A stretch of DNA of 64,000 nucleotides from Cenococcum geophilum (lineage: Eukaryota), in NCBI GenBank assembly GCA_050273025.1, contig CP158635.1, forward strand, positions 744,001 to 808,000, in the 5' to 3' direction. Each line of letters begins with the position of its first letter. Position 1 is the stretch's first letter. Below are positions 26,700 to 40,010 of this stretch, piece by piece. Below the pieces are notes generated by a model. It ran no database searches and was not told where the DNA came from. It worked only from the letters and a program-made list of their open reading frames with translations. The position numbers and the translations under genes are program-made.

Positions 26700-27615
26700 G
26701 AAGGGAGGAACGTAGCTAAAGTAAGGTGTCTTAGTTACCTTTATACTTGCCGCTATCTATTATATAGTTCTAGCGCTGTAGGTATTATATAAGGAAAGCA
26801 ATATAAAGGCGGGTATTACGACCTTAAGCGTAAGATATTACTCTCTATCCGGATTTTTATAAGTGGCTTTAACTAATAGGTTCTTAAATTTAGTTTAATT
26901 TTACTATTAAACCTCTAGATAATCCCTTTGTTATACTACGCGCCCTTCCAGAGCAAGACATCCTTTAATCTTTTTAGACTAAAGTTATAAGTGTTACTAA
27001 TAGCGTTACGACGGCCATCCCTAGTACTATTAGCCAAGTATAAAGCGCCGCAAATGCTGCCGCTATAGTCATTCCTAAAGCCATTAAGGAATTAATTCCT
27101 AAAAATTGCTCACTAGGCACGAAACAATTCTGTGTCGGATTTACTTATAATATAATATGTGATGACTTACCATTAACTCTCTCTAATATAGTGCTAGAAG
27201 AGGTTAAAAGCTTTCTTAGAGACTAACTTAATAACCTTTAATCTTTAGAAGGGATTTTAACAAAAGCCACTTCTGTATATATCTAGGACTGCTTAATTAT
27301 AAAGCTGGTTTTAATGCTTATCTTAACCACTATATTCTTCTATTTAATATTTAGCCGCTTATTTTATATCGCGGCCATTCTTCTAAGGCTTAGCGTTTGA
27401 TTAAGGGTAGTAATTTATTTAGTATTAGGTATAGTATATTGCATCCCTCTCTTTATACCTATTGTTATTTTGTATATTTTCCAGTTAAAGACTAAGAAAC
27501 TATTTTCCAAGATTAAGATGGAGAAAGGTAAGATAAGTGGATTATATTTAGGAGCTCTCTGCTATACTATTGTGATGACATTACTAATTACTCTTATACT
27601 GGCTATTATTTAAGA
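26700..27615 (+). pseudogene. Multi-pass membrane cargo protein (possibly SUR7/PalI-like topology); start approximate
   Basis: IPKNCSLGTKQFCVGF...C.DLP (~27095-27175), followed by three hydrophobic segments (27290-27610). Confidence 0.45.
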
Positions 27616-28711
27616 ATATATTGCAAAAACAAAGGATAGGCGATAGAGGCGGAAATTAGGGGTGCTAAAGGTCATATTTAGAGATTATAATAGCTATTTA
27701 TAAAAAAATACTTTAATTAAAAACTGGGAGTATAACCGGCGGAGAAAAAGGGCGCTTTATAGGGATATTTTGTTATAATACGTCAGAAGGCCGTATTGGG
27801 AAGGTCTAACTACTAATAGCGTAAGTTAGCGGAAGTATAAATTTTCTTAGATAGCTTTGAATACATACAGTTCTTTATAGCGTTTAGTTTCGGGTTAGTT
27901 AGCACTTTATTTAAATATATATAAATAATTAGCAGCATCTAAATCCCTTATAGTTAGAACTAAGTATAAGTAGCGAAAACATAATACCCTAACCGCGTAA
28001 TACCTTTTTAGGGATCTTAGATGTTTAAATAAGAACTAGTATAATATTACTTTAGCTATCAGTATTTATAATTGCCGTTATCTTATATATAGTGGCTAAT
28101 ACAGCTAAGCGTTCTAATTGGGTTACTCTATAGGCATTAATAGGCCATATAAGCTAGACGAGACCGCGGAATTAATATAGCTAAAAATGTTTCCCTATTG
28201 CTATTTATATTAAGGGGACTATATTTAGCCCCTTTAGCATCCTTAAAATACTTCTCTATTTTAAGATATATTTTATAGCTGCGCTTAAAATTAGTTATCC
28301 TTCCTATTATTTAATCCCTACATCCTATCTATAAATAAATGCTTAAGCCCGCAAAGCCCTACTGTACGCGTCCACGTCGCCGCGGGTGGAAACATTATCG
28401 GGAAATTATTTCTTATAATGGCTAAGTGCAGAGGTGATGGAGGAGAGCCGTCGCAGCGCGCGCAGCGCGCTAGTGTTGCGACTTTGTGGTGTTGAGCCTA
28501 TGACGCGTACATTACCCTTAATAATACCAGGAGTCCTACTGCCCTTACTTAGGGCTCCTGCCATACCATTTAGGGGGGCCATTAAGGGAAACTGGGATAC
28601 GAAAACCGCCCGACGTATAACTACCTAGCTCGCAGCTAGGCCCGAAACTGGCCTTATTCAGCCAGTTAATATAAACGCGCCCTAGGCGTACAATAGGACA
28701 CCCTTAGGCTT

Positions 28712-31700
28712 TGTTGGAATTATAAGGTCATAAGGTCACAGCGGAGGTGTCTTAAGGGTCTAATTGATGATAGAGATGACGCAGACGATGAATTTTGATT
28801 AATTCGTGATGCAGTAAATGCGGTTGATATCTATCTAAATTATATACAGAGCTTAACCTCACAAGGTGTCCAGAGCTTAGTCAGCACCTTATCGCTAATT
28901 TCTGACACTCCCCTATGCTGACGACGCTCTCCTTATCTATCCTAAATAGGCAATAATGAAGCTATTCCTAAATACCTTATAAGTGCCATTCGGCCTATAT
29001 ATAGAGGGAAAACCTAGTAGGTAAAAAACCTCTATTACCTGCTCTGTTAGTTACTAATTCCTAGCGTTACATAGTGCTTTGTAAATTGGTTAATTAGTAG
29101 CTGCTTTATAAGTATATCTCCTGGCTAATCTTTACCTAGTATATATATTACTTTAAGTTAATCTTACTAAACCATATTATTTCGTACGAAGAGGTATTAA
29201 ATCTTAATATGCTTGGCTTTCTAGTGGTATCTTATGTCGTATAAAAGGTTAACTATACCCTTATTGTCACAGTAGAGCATAAAGACAAAAGGGTCGTTAT
29301 TGTCTCTCTCCCCTAGATCTTTTGTTAGCTTCTTAAGCTATACTATTAACCTTACTCCTTTTAATGCTGCCATAATCTCTGCTTTTATTAAGCTTAATGC
29401 CGTTAACCTCTATCTTTAAGCCATTTAGATTACCGCTCCCCTATAGCGCATAACTGCTATGCCTTAAAATAATATCCGATTGTGTTCTGTTCCCTATATA
29501 GCGTTAGTAAAGATACTGTAGCTAGTAGGCAGGTTAGTTAACATAAGCTTATATAAAGGTAGGTAAATCTCTTAATTTAAGTAGGTAATTCCTGTTTTGA
29601 GAGTGCCGTTTAGATATTGTAGTAGTTGCTTGCTTAAGCGGTAGTGTAATTCTCCTAGTACTGCTATGAACCTAGCTAGCTAACTAACAGCATAGCTAGT
29701 ATTAGGACGCGTGTAGTTTAAGAGGTAGATTATAGAGCTAATAATCTATTAGTATACCGTCGCATCGTCGTACTTAAGGGGACTTTTGATATTAGGTTTC
29801 AGAACAGTACTAGCTAGTATTAGTAGCTTAGCCGGATTACAGTTGTCCATTTTTAACCGTTTAAGTAGCTTTTTAGTATATATCGTCTGATATAGCTTAA
29901 GGGTTTGGTTTGTACGGTCTTAATAGATTTAGAAGCTTATAAATACTTCTATAGAACCTAGGTCTTTACATCTCCATTCTCTTAAGATTTTTACCTTCGT
30001 AATATTAAGGTGTCTGCGCTTTCCTACAATTAGCATATTATTAATAAATAATAAAATATACACTTTATTTCCTATAAAGAGATTAGGGTTAGCGTTAGCT
30101 AATATTAAACCTATACTCTTAAAGAACTTCTTAACCATCTAAAACCATTCTCTCGGTACCTGCTTTAGGCCGTAAAGTGACTTATTTAGCTTTAAGTAAG
30201 CGTCTTTTACCTCCTTAAGGTTAGGCTTAAAGTCTCTTAATAGGTTAGGAATCTATATATAAACCTACTCTTATAACGGCGGGTTTAAGAATACTGTTTT
30301 AATATTGACGTGGTTAAGTTTAAGGTCTTTAGCTGCTACCTTTACCATTAGGAACTTAAAGGTGTTGTATTATATAATAGACGCAAACGTCTTAAAATAA
30401 TTAATGTTAGGGGTCTACTTGTCTCCCTAAATGTATAGTCTTACCTTCTTACGAATTACTTCTCCCTTAGCATTATACTTGTGCTTTAGTACTAGCTTGC
30501 TTAGAAGTAACAACCTTCCTTCTAGTACTCTCCCCCTTATAATAGTATAGGTGTGCATTCTCTTTAGGGAGAGAAATTCTTTAAAGATAGCTTTTATCTA
30601 GCTAAAAGCGTCCTCCCTTAAGGCCTAATCTAACTTAATAGCGTTAAAAGGTGCTATAGGTGCTCCTATAGAGGTAGTGTTTTTAGCTTTTAGGTGGATA
30701 GCTTTTATAGCTATTACTAACTAAACCACCGTATTATTAAAAACCCTTATATTTAGTAACCTTCTAGACCTTATTCTCTGTGTATAAGGAATGCGTATTA
30801 ATATACTTTATATAGGCGTCCCACCCTTTATATTACCTTAATTTAAGTATCCCGCTTAATCTTAACCTAGGCTTCCCACTTAATTTAAGCGGCCCACTTA
30901 GTCTTGACCTAGGCTTTCCACTTAGCTTAAGTGGCCCACTTAGTCACCATCTAGCCTACTCTTAGTTCTCGTAACTGGAGTCTCTGTTAGCGCGTTTAAG
31001 GTAGTAGGGGGAGGTCTAGGTCGGTTTAAAGCTTAGCTTATAGCTTGCACCTAAGGTACTCTATAAGGGAACCTGTACTTATTTACTTTAGCATCTCTAA
31101 AGAGCTTAATTGCTTGCGTATATAGGTTTATTATTTTAAATTAACTACTGCCTTTTAACCCTATAAAAACATAGTTAGGTCTTATTTTTAAATTATACTT
31201 CCTAGGGTATTTCTTAAGCGTATTAATCAGGTTGGTATAGCACCTAAAAACAACTAGATTCTTAAGGTTAGGGACTTAATAGGTATATACCTCGTAGGGT
31301 ATAATAGCACCACTATACTCGTCGTTAAATGGGAGAGCTAAGGTTGGTACTTGATTCTTAATCCAGATAGTATATTCGACTGTATAGTACTAGCGTTTAA
31401 CTAGTATATTTCCTTAAAATAGAAGTAACCTTATTTTGTAGTTAACTGTATAGATTGCGCGCTTGATCGCGCTATTATATAAGTGCTTATATAGCGGACA
31501 AGGCTCAAAATTAATACCTTGGGGTATTAATTCGTCTTGAAATCTGCGGCCAAATTCCCTCTTTTTATTATCTGCTTAAATCCAGACAGCTCTATTACTA
31601 GTGAATCTCTCTACTCTTATAATAATCTCTTTAATATACGGCAGTACTTCTTTAGTTTAGAGGGTTTTAAGAGGAATGACCTAGGTATAGCGTATGGCGT

Positions 31701-33629
31701 TATCTAGGGCTAGGAGGTAGTAGTTATAACCTCTAATTAATATACCGATTCGTCCTATAGTATTAAGGTATAGCCCTTAACTAGGTACCTTCTCGCGCCT
31801 AGTTATCTTCTTACTTAGTATTTCTTGTATCTTCCCTACTAGGCAAGCTTCGCACGTACTTTTACCAATTAGTACTACTCTCTTCTTAAGCCTTATACCT
31901 AGTGAGGAATGCTATAGCTTAAATAGGTCGCTATAATTTGTATATCTAGTTTGGCGGTGCTATAGCTTAGCATCTGTTTTACTGACGTTTGGTTATAAAT
32001 TGTATGCTTTTACTATCGCATTAAATGCTTCCTAATACTCTTATAGTACGTAGAGGTTATTTCTTATAATAGCCTTAAATATTACACCTAATCTATACTT
32101 GCTAGTAGCTTAATCGTCCATATTAAAAGTAATTAAGTAGCCTTCCTAAGTAAGAGTCCTTACTAAGATTAGCTTAATTGTCTTAAACGAAGGTATAAGC
32201 TAGACGTCTTTTAGCTTTAGGGTACCGATTTAAACTTGACTATAGCCTATAGTAGGTATAATAGTCCCATTTGCAGTGCGGACCTATTATAGCATATTCC
32301 ATCTCTTTAAGTATATTAGGTCTAATTGGTTACTAGTAAAGTACTTAGTTGCTTTTAAGTCAAGAGCCTAAGCTAGAGACGTTGTTATAAGTATAGCACG
32401 TTTAGGGTTAGGGTTAAGGTAGATTAAATCGCTGTCAAATTCTTCCTTAGCTATTGCTACATTCCCTACTTCCTCTGCCTTAGGAGCACCTTAATCTGTC
32501 TTCTTGGCGTTATTAAGTTAGAATTGTTTAAGTAGGGGATAGTCCTTCTGGTAGTGACCTTTCTAATAATATATTCTGCACTCATCTCTTTCTAATTATC
32601 TTGGCTCTTTGCTTACTTAAGACGACGAGCTATGGCGATTATATAAGGAATAGTCGAATCTACTAGCACGACCTCTGCCCCTTATTCGACCTTGACCTTG
32701 GTTTCCCCTTCTCCCCCTAGGTTCGTCTTTCCTCTCATATACGAGTGTAGCAGTTTGTGTAGGGAGAGTAGTCTCTTACTCCTAAAGAAGGGTAATATAG
32801 CTCTTAAGGTCTCGTTTGTCTTGTAGGTACTAGGTCTTCGCATTCTGCTATATAATATCGCTTAATAGGGCTAGAAGGAGTTGTTCTTTAATATCGTTAT
32901 TAGTTAGTGCTTGAGATATCGAGGCTAGATTAATCTTAAATCGATTTAATATAGTTAGGAACTCAATAATTCGCATCTTTATAGGGTTAAATGTAGTGCT
33001 ATAGAACTCTTTGCGAAGTCTAGAGATGTAGACCTCGTCGTTGGCCTTATTAAACTTCTTTATTTCTTCCTATATTCCTTAAATATTGTACGCCTTTATT
33101 ATCGTACGTATCTCTTCCTAATAGTCGTCTCCTATCGAATTATAGATGATCTTATTTGCTTCCCCTCGTCTTCTTCTTCTATCGGCTGAATTGACTTAAG
33201 CTAGGTCTTCTATACTAGTGACGAAATCCCATTCTTTTGCTATAATTAGGGCTGCCTTATAGGTACACTCCTAGTCTGCAAAGTTATCTTTATTGAAAAT
33301 GACAATTTTACCTGCCTTATGATCGTACGTAGGTGTCGTTAAGGTTGAGGTAGAGGAGGTTATTTTTAGGGGTTAATTTTCAAGTTAGGAGGTGTTGCTA
33401 CCTAGGAGAGATTTGCTACCCGGGCTTATAACCTATTGGAATTATAAGGTTATAAGGTTATAGTAGAGGTGTCTTAAGGGTCTAATTGATGATAGAGATG
33501 ACGCAGACGATGAATTTTGATTGATTTGTGATGTAGTAGATGCGGTTAATGTCTATCTAGATTATATGTAGAGCTTGACCTCGTAAGGTATCCAGAGCTT
33601 AGTTAGTACCTTATCGCTAATTTCTAACA
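28712..33629 (-). mobile_element. Complete Ty1/Copia LTR retrotransposon, RIP-degenerate
   Basis: 196-bp LTRs at 28712-28907 and 33434-33629; TSD ggctt (28707-28711 / 33630-33634); PBS ggttataagccc (RIP of GGTTATGAGCCC) next to 33433; PPT next to 28908. Order: gag, protease, integrase, RT (LNKSLYGLKQ ~30165-30190), RNase H (KAKHI ~29210). Confidence 0.93.
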
Positions 33630-36559
33630 GGCTTGTACTAGCTCTAAGACTAAGAGGATACGGCGAGGGCGTAGGGAACCTCTTTTTATAAGAACTTATT
33701 AAGGTTAACGTGTCGCAGATACTTTATATAAAACTTATTAAGGCCCTAAGGCCACTATAAAGAACTTATTAAGGCCCTGCCTAGAAAACTTATTAAGGCC
33801 CCTTTATAAGGGCCTATCTAGTATCTAGTACACCTAGGTAACTTAAAAGAGGGTCTTAATAGGCGTAGTACGCGCGACCTAGACGACGGCAACGCGCTAG
33901 CAACGTAATAGTAACGCGACGGTGACCGGACGGCGACTAAATAGCTTAACGAGGTAGAAACACGGGTAAAGCTCTAGGCAGCGGAAATATAGGCTAGCTT
34001 TAACGGCCCCATAGCGTTTAACTTATAGTCAACTTACGGTTAACTTACGGTCGACTTACAGGCGACTTATAGGAGGGTCTTAATAGGCGTAGTGCACGTA
34101 ACCTAATGCGTATATATATAAGGCGACTTATAGGAGGGTCTTAATAGGCGTGGTGTATATAACCTAATGTATATATATAAGGGAGGCTATAGGGGAAACA
34201 CAGGCTAGTTAGATAAGGACTTAACAGTTAGAGATATAGGCCAGCTTATAAAAAGGGGGGACACAAGCTTAGTTAGTAGGAGGGGGGAGAGTAGGTCGCC
34301 TAGTGCGGGACCTAATCTCTACAGCCCCCCTCCTATAAGACACGGTCAGCCTGTTATAAGGAAACTCTTATAGGTAACGCGAAACGGGAACTAGTAGTAT
34401 ATAGGGTGTTGCGCCCCTATATTACTACTAGCTTCCTATAGGGCGTAGTATATAGTAGCTATTACTGGCTCTAAGGACCTTATTCTTTAATTAGGCTCTA
34501 ACCTTTAGTATACCTAGTAGGCAGGTAGGATTATACCCTAGCTAAAGAGACTACTATGTGGCTTAAAAGAACGGATGCGCGTGTTAGTATATTAATAGAC
34601 GGAACCGTTCGCCTCTAGGGCGGCTTGTTAGTAAGATATACTTAAGGAGTAAATAGGAGTTACTTAGGCGGGAGAAGCAGTGGCTCGGCCTTGTCTGTAA
34701 AAGGTGTACCCAACTATATTATAGGATGCAGCTATAACGCCTCTATAGGATTATGTTAGTAGGCGCGAAGATGGGAGTTATAACCCCTAGAAACGGCAGC
34801 TTATGCCTACGCCGGCGGAAACAATAAAGAAGGCGTGAAACTAGAGGCTATAAAAGGTTCCTAAGCCGTATAAAGGCATATTAACTCTAGGAGGAAACTC
34901 TTATATAGACTACTAGGGGGTAGACTAGTACTCGGGTAATACCGTTATAAGATATCTAAAAGAACTGGTGAAATTCCCCGCAATTAGTGGTAGTAGCTAA
35001 CTACTTATAGTTTGGGACCAAAGTACTAGAAAACTGGGGTAGAGGCCTAGATAAGCAGGCATGTTAAACTCTACTATATTACTAGCTAATATATAACTAC
35101 CTGCCTCTAACGGCTAAGTAAAATCGAAAATAAGTATAACTCCCCCTTACCGGCGAACCGCACCTGGGCCGCTGTAGCTGCGCTTTTACAGTATAGGGAA
35201 CCCACCCCCCTTAAGTTAATAACCGGGTATATAATTATAATATGACTAAATATAGAATAAGTAGAGGGGCTTAGGGGATAATTAGAAACAGAAGTCCTTA
35301 TAGAGATACGCAAAGAGGTCTATAACGCTGTTGTAGTCTGATACCTTAAGAGCGGAGATATTAGAGTTACCCTAAAGGACCAATAGGTAAAGGAATAAGC
35401 TATAAGGGCAGGGGATAGGCTAGGAGAACGTATTGGCATAAAAGTACTCCGCGAGGATTACCTAGTTAAGGTCCTAGCGGTTCCTATAAGCCTTAGGGTA
35501 GAAAAGGGACGCTAGGCGGACAATATAGCAATTATATAGGAGATAGTAAGACAAACGGAACGCCTTATACCAGGACTTGAAATCACCCAAATTTAATGGC
35601 TTTAATAGGAAAATATAAACTAAGTATATAATGAGAATAACGAGAGGATATAAGGGTTGCTAAAGACTCGCTAGGGAGACGCCGGACGAACGCATAGCTC
35701 CTTTATTGTTAGTATATATACACCAGGAATACAAAAACTCCTTATTTAAAAAGGAATAATTATAAATGGCCTTATATATAATATAAGGCTCTATAACCAC
35801 AGACTACGCCTAAAATGATGCTATTGCTATGTATAATGGGGATATACCTAATCTATATACGCAGTATAGGTGTGCTGCGGCTACTATACAGGCCCCTATA
35901 ATACGAGATATTGCTTAAATTAAGACTAAACAAAATGCGTAAACTGCCACCAAAGCATATATAAGGCGTAGGAGAGAGAAGACTGTATTAAATACAGAAG
36001 ACGGAAGGCAAGGGCTTAATAGCTGCGGGAATAACTGCACGCTAGATTATACAAATAGAAATAATAGGCGATAAGCTAGGGGGACATAGGCGCCTTCCTA
36101 GCGTTTCCTACCTTTAATACTGGAGGGCTAGGCCAGCTATCCTAAGCCTTAACGGGCTAGAAGCGACGCTGTGCGATATTACTAGACCAATTAGGGATAT
36201 AAGGGTCACAGGGGACATAAGGGAGAGGACGCCCTATAGGAAGACCCCTATGGACAGTAATAGTAGGCTTAAGACCAGGATAATTAAGAATTAGACTTAA
36301 TGCGGCAAATATAATATTTATAGCCGACCTATAAAGGGTATATAGCCGACCAGTAAGAATAGGGGAAGAACCGGTAATAATAATAGATTTAGATATAGAA
36401 GCGCTAATAGGAATATAAGATATGGGAATGGAAAGCTCTATATAAAATAAATAGTAACTAGGGTGTAGATATAAGAGATAAAAGCTCTAAATATTCTAAA
36501 GAAAGTAGAAATAGAAGAAGCAAGGAACGAAGGAGAGTTAAAGGACCCTCGCTGGGGGT

Positions 36560-39500
36560 CCGCTACCTATCCATTATATAGTATAACTATGGCAATATAA
36601 ACCACCGCCTTGTAAGGCCCCTACTAGATAGTCTAGACCTAGAGAAACACTATATCCTTGCTATATAAGAACCGTATTATAATACCTTTATATAATTAAC
36701 ATACTGCCCCTAAGGATTCCAGCTCCTATATAAACTAAAAGCAGCTATACGCGTGTGCTTTATAATTAGCAAGGCTATCAGCCTATCCTTATAGTTATAG
36801 CAGGCAGTTAACCCAAATATTATAGTTATAACAATCTAAATATATAGGGGACTGGTATAAATTATTAATGTATATAACCCTAGGGTTAAAGGGGTCCTAT
36901 AAATAGAGAATATTATATTGGTAATAAGCTTACTAGAAACCGAAGGTATAGAGTCTATCCTACTAGGAGATATAAACCTCTACCACCCGCGGTAGGGGGG
37001 TATCCATATTGCTGCAGATTAATAGTTAGAGTGCCTACTAAGAGCTATGGATATCTAGGGCCTTAAGCTAGCCACCCCCCTAGGAGTAATTATATAGTAA
37101 TAAGGCACTGCTAGAAGTATAATTAACCTTATATTTATAGACAAAGGCCTATACCAGAAACTTAAAAGGTGTAACCCCGAAGAAGAATAGGTACTTACCC
37201 TAGACTATATCCCTATTTAGATACAGCTAGACCTAGATACTAAAGCGCAACTAAATAGAAAAAGATATGTAATAAGGAAGCTTAAGATAAATAGTTTCCT
37301 TAATATAGTTAAATAATAACTTTAAAACCTAGAAGAAATCTACCTAATACCAAACGAGCGAGGCTTATTAGCTACCCCTAAGGAAATTAACCAAAGACTA
37401 GAAAGGATCTAGGCAGTAATTAAAAATAGGCTAGAAGAGCACTGCCTAATTTTAAAACTGGGCCCCTATACGCGACACGTATAGTCCATATAATACGCAG
37501 TTTTGGTTACCAGCCAATAATGAGTAAGAAGGAAATATATAAGTAGCTATAACCCTAAAGATAAGAGATAATATAAAGATATAAGAAACTAGCTAAAGAA
37601 TACCCTAAAAAAAGAAGTAAGGAATAACTGGAGACGGTTTATAAACAAGTATACTTTTAACCCGAGCCTCCCCTATAATAAGGGCCTTTAGGCTATAGTA
37701 AAATGGGTAAAAAAAAAGGTAGGGCGCCTAGCAGAAGACTTACACCTACTACCCCTATAAAGAGTAGGAGAATTATAGGCTATAAACAACAACAATAAGA
37801 AGGCAAAGATCCTTATAGAAAGGTTCTTTCCCTAACTAGCTCCAGCAGACCTTAGTGATATTATGGGTAAAACACCGGTGACTCGCCTGTGGGTCGACAG
37901 CGATATAATAATAGAGGAAATGGCTAGAACTATTAGCCGCCTTTTAAATAATATAGTACTAGGACTAGATGGGATTCTAAATGAGGCCCTAAAAACCTAT
38001 AGGCCACTTATAGCACCTTGGCTTGCAGATGTAGCTAGAGCATGCTTTACTATAGGCTACTACCCGCGACTCGGAAGATCTATAATAACGGTTATCCTAC
38101 GAAAAGAAGGTAAAGCAGATTACTTAATCCTAGGAAGCTACCGCCCTATTGCCTTAGAAAACACCCTTAGTAAGATCTTAGAAAGGGTAATAGCGGAACG
38201 TATAGTAGATACGGTAGAGGAACACGCCTTATTACTATAAAGCCAAATAGGGGCAAAAAAGAACCGCTTAACACTATTAGTACTTACGCTACTCGCTACT
38301 ACTATTAAATCTATATAGGCGATGCGAAAGGACTTTATAGTATTAATGCTTAGCCTAGATATTAGTGGTGCCTACGATAATATACCCTATGAGTGTCTCC
38401 TATATATCCTTAGGGCAAAGGGCTTCTTAGAATGGATTATATAATTTGTCTAAGGGTTTATAGGCCAGAAAGAAACTTTATTAGTCTTTAGCGGATACTA
38501 GAGCCCCCTTATTATAGTTATAATAGGAATACCATAAGGATTACCCCTCTCGCCTATACTTTTCCTTTTCTTTATAAGCAACCTGCTTAATTCCTTTAAG
38601 GAAGGGGCGACCTAGGGGATAGGCTTTATTGATAATATAAACCTAATTATATACGGGCTAATAGCTGCAGAGAATTGTAGAACACTAGAGAAAGCCTATA
38701 ATACTTATATAGAATAGGCAAAACGTTATAAAGTCTAATTCTTACCAGAGAAATACTAGCTAATCCATTTTATAAGAAAACGCAACTAATCTATAGATCT
38801 CTAGCATATAATTCGCATCTAAGGCTTTAGGGGTTAACCAGTTTAGGGCCTAAGGGTATTAGGAGTATGGGTAGATAGTAAGCTCTAGTGGAGCGCATAT
38901 ATGGCGCAAGCGGCCTATAAAGGCCAAGCATAGTTTATCGCTTTATCTAGGATTATTAACTCTATATGGGGTCCATGCTTTTAGAGGTCACGCCTATTAT
39001 ATATAGTAGTCGTTTAGCCAACTATAATATATAGATCCAGTATTTGGGCCATTAGAGAAACTAAGAAGGGCCCCCCTAAATTACTCCTTAAACTACTTTA
39101 AAAGGTCTAGACTATCTGCCTTTAGAGTATTATAGGCGGGTATAAGCGAACGGCCACAGCACTGCTTGAGAAGGAATCCAATATTCCCCCCCTATAGTTA
39201 TATATTAAAGCCGCTGTAATATAAAGGACGTAAAATAAACGTAACTTTAATGTTATAAAGTACATTAAGACACGCCTAAGTAAACTATAGAGGGACCTTA
39301 GGGTGCCCTATAGGAGAACAAACCAACAACTCTAAAGTAGGGAAGAGATATTAGAGAAATAGGTAAAGAAAGTAGAAGAAGAATAGTGCCGCTTTAGGGC
39401 CCAGGCCCATATAGAGGAGGAAGGAAGACGCGTAAGAGGTTAGTAAAGATAATAGTAAGACAGAGAAAGGAGCTAAAGTAGAACATATAAGAATGCCAGG

Positions 39501-40010
39501 AAACTATCTACCGTAATGTAATACTGGTTGGACTAATGCTAGAGAGGTAAATAGGAGTTAAAGGTATAGAGGCTAACTTAGGCAAGATAAACCTAAGCTA
39601 TAGTATAGTTAATGCTATAGGGGGTAAATACCTAAGGGCTTTAAGAAGGCCTAATAAAGGCAGAAAATATAATAGTAATACTCTTAAGAATAGGAATAAT
39701 AGGACTAAAAGATTGGCTTTACTAGGTAGGTATCCTAGTAGGTAGCCTAAGATGCGAATATGGCTAGTTAAGATAAACACTAAAACACGTAATACTATTA
39801 TGCCCCCTACGCACTAATTAAGAAATAATGCTCTTAGTAGCTGGCATAGAGAACTATAATACACTGCTCTTAATATAAAAAGGCCTTAAGGCGGTTACCT
39901 AGTGGCTTATTAGTTAAAATGTACTAAATTAGTTCCGGGTTGCAAGGGAAATGGTAATAAAAAGCAAGGGGGCGAGCAGCAGGTGCCCCCTAGTAACTCT
40001 ATAGTAGTAG
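36560..40010 (+). pseudogene. LINE-B ORF2 (APE endonuclease + reverse transcriptase); boundaries approximate
   Basis: I[LQ]YN ~36575; LGDINL[H]HP ~36962; SYRPIALENTLSKILE (ORF 37863-38240); GIP[Q]G[S]PLSPILFLFF ~38525; GFID[D] ~38622. Confidence 0.88.
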
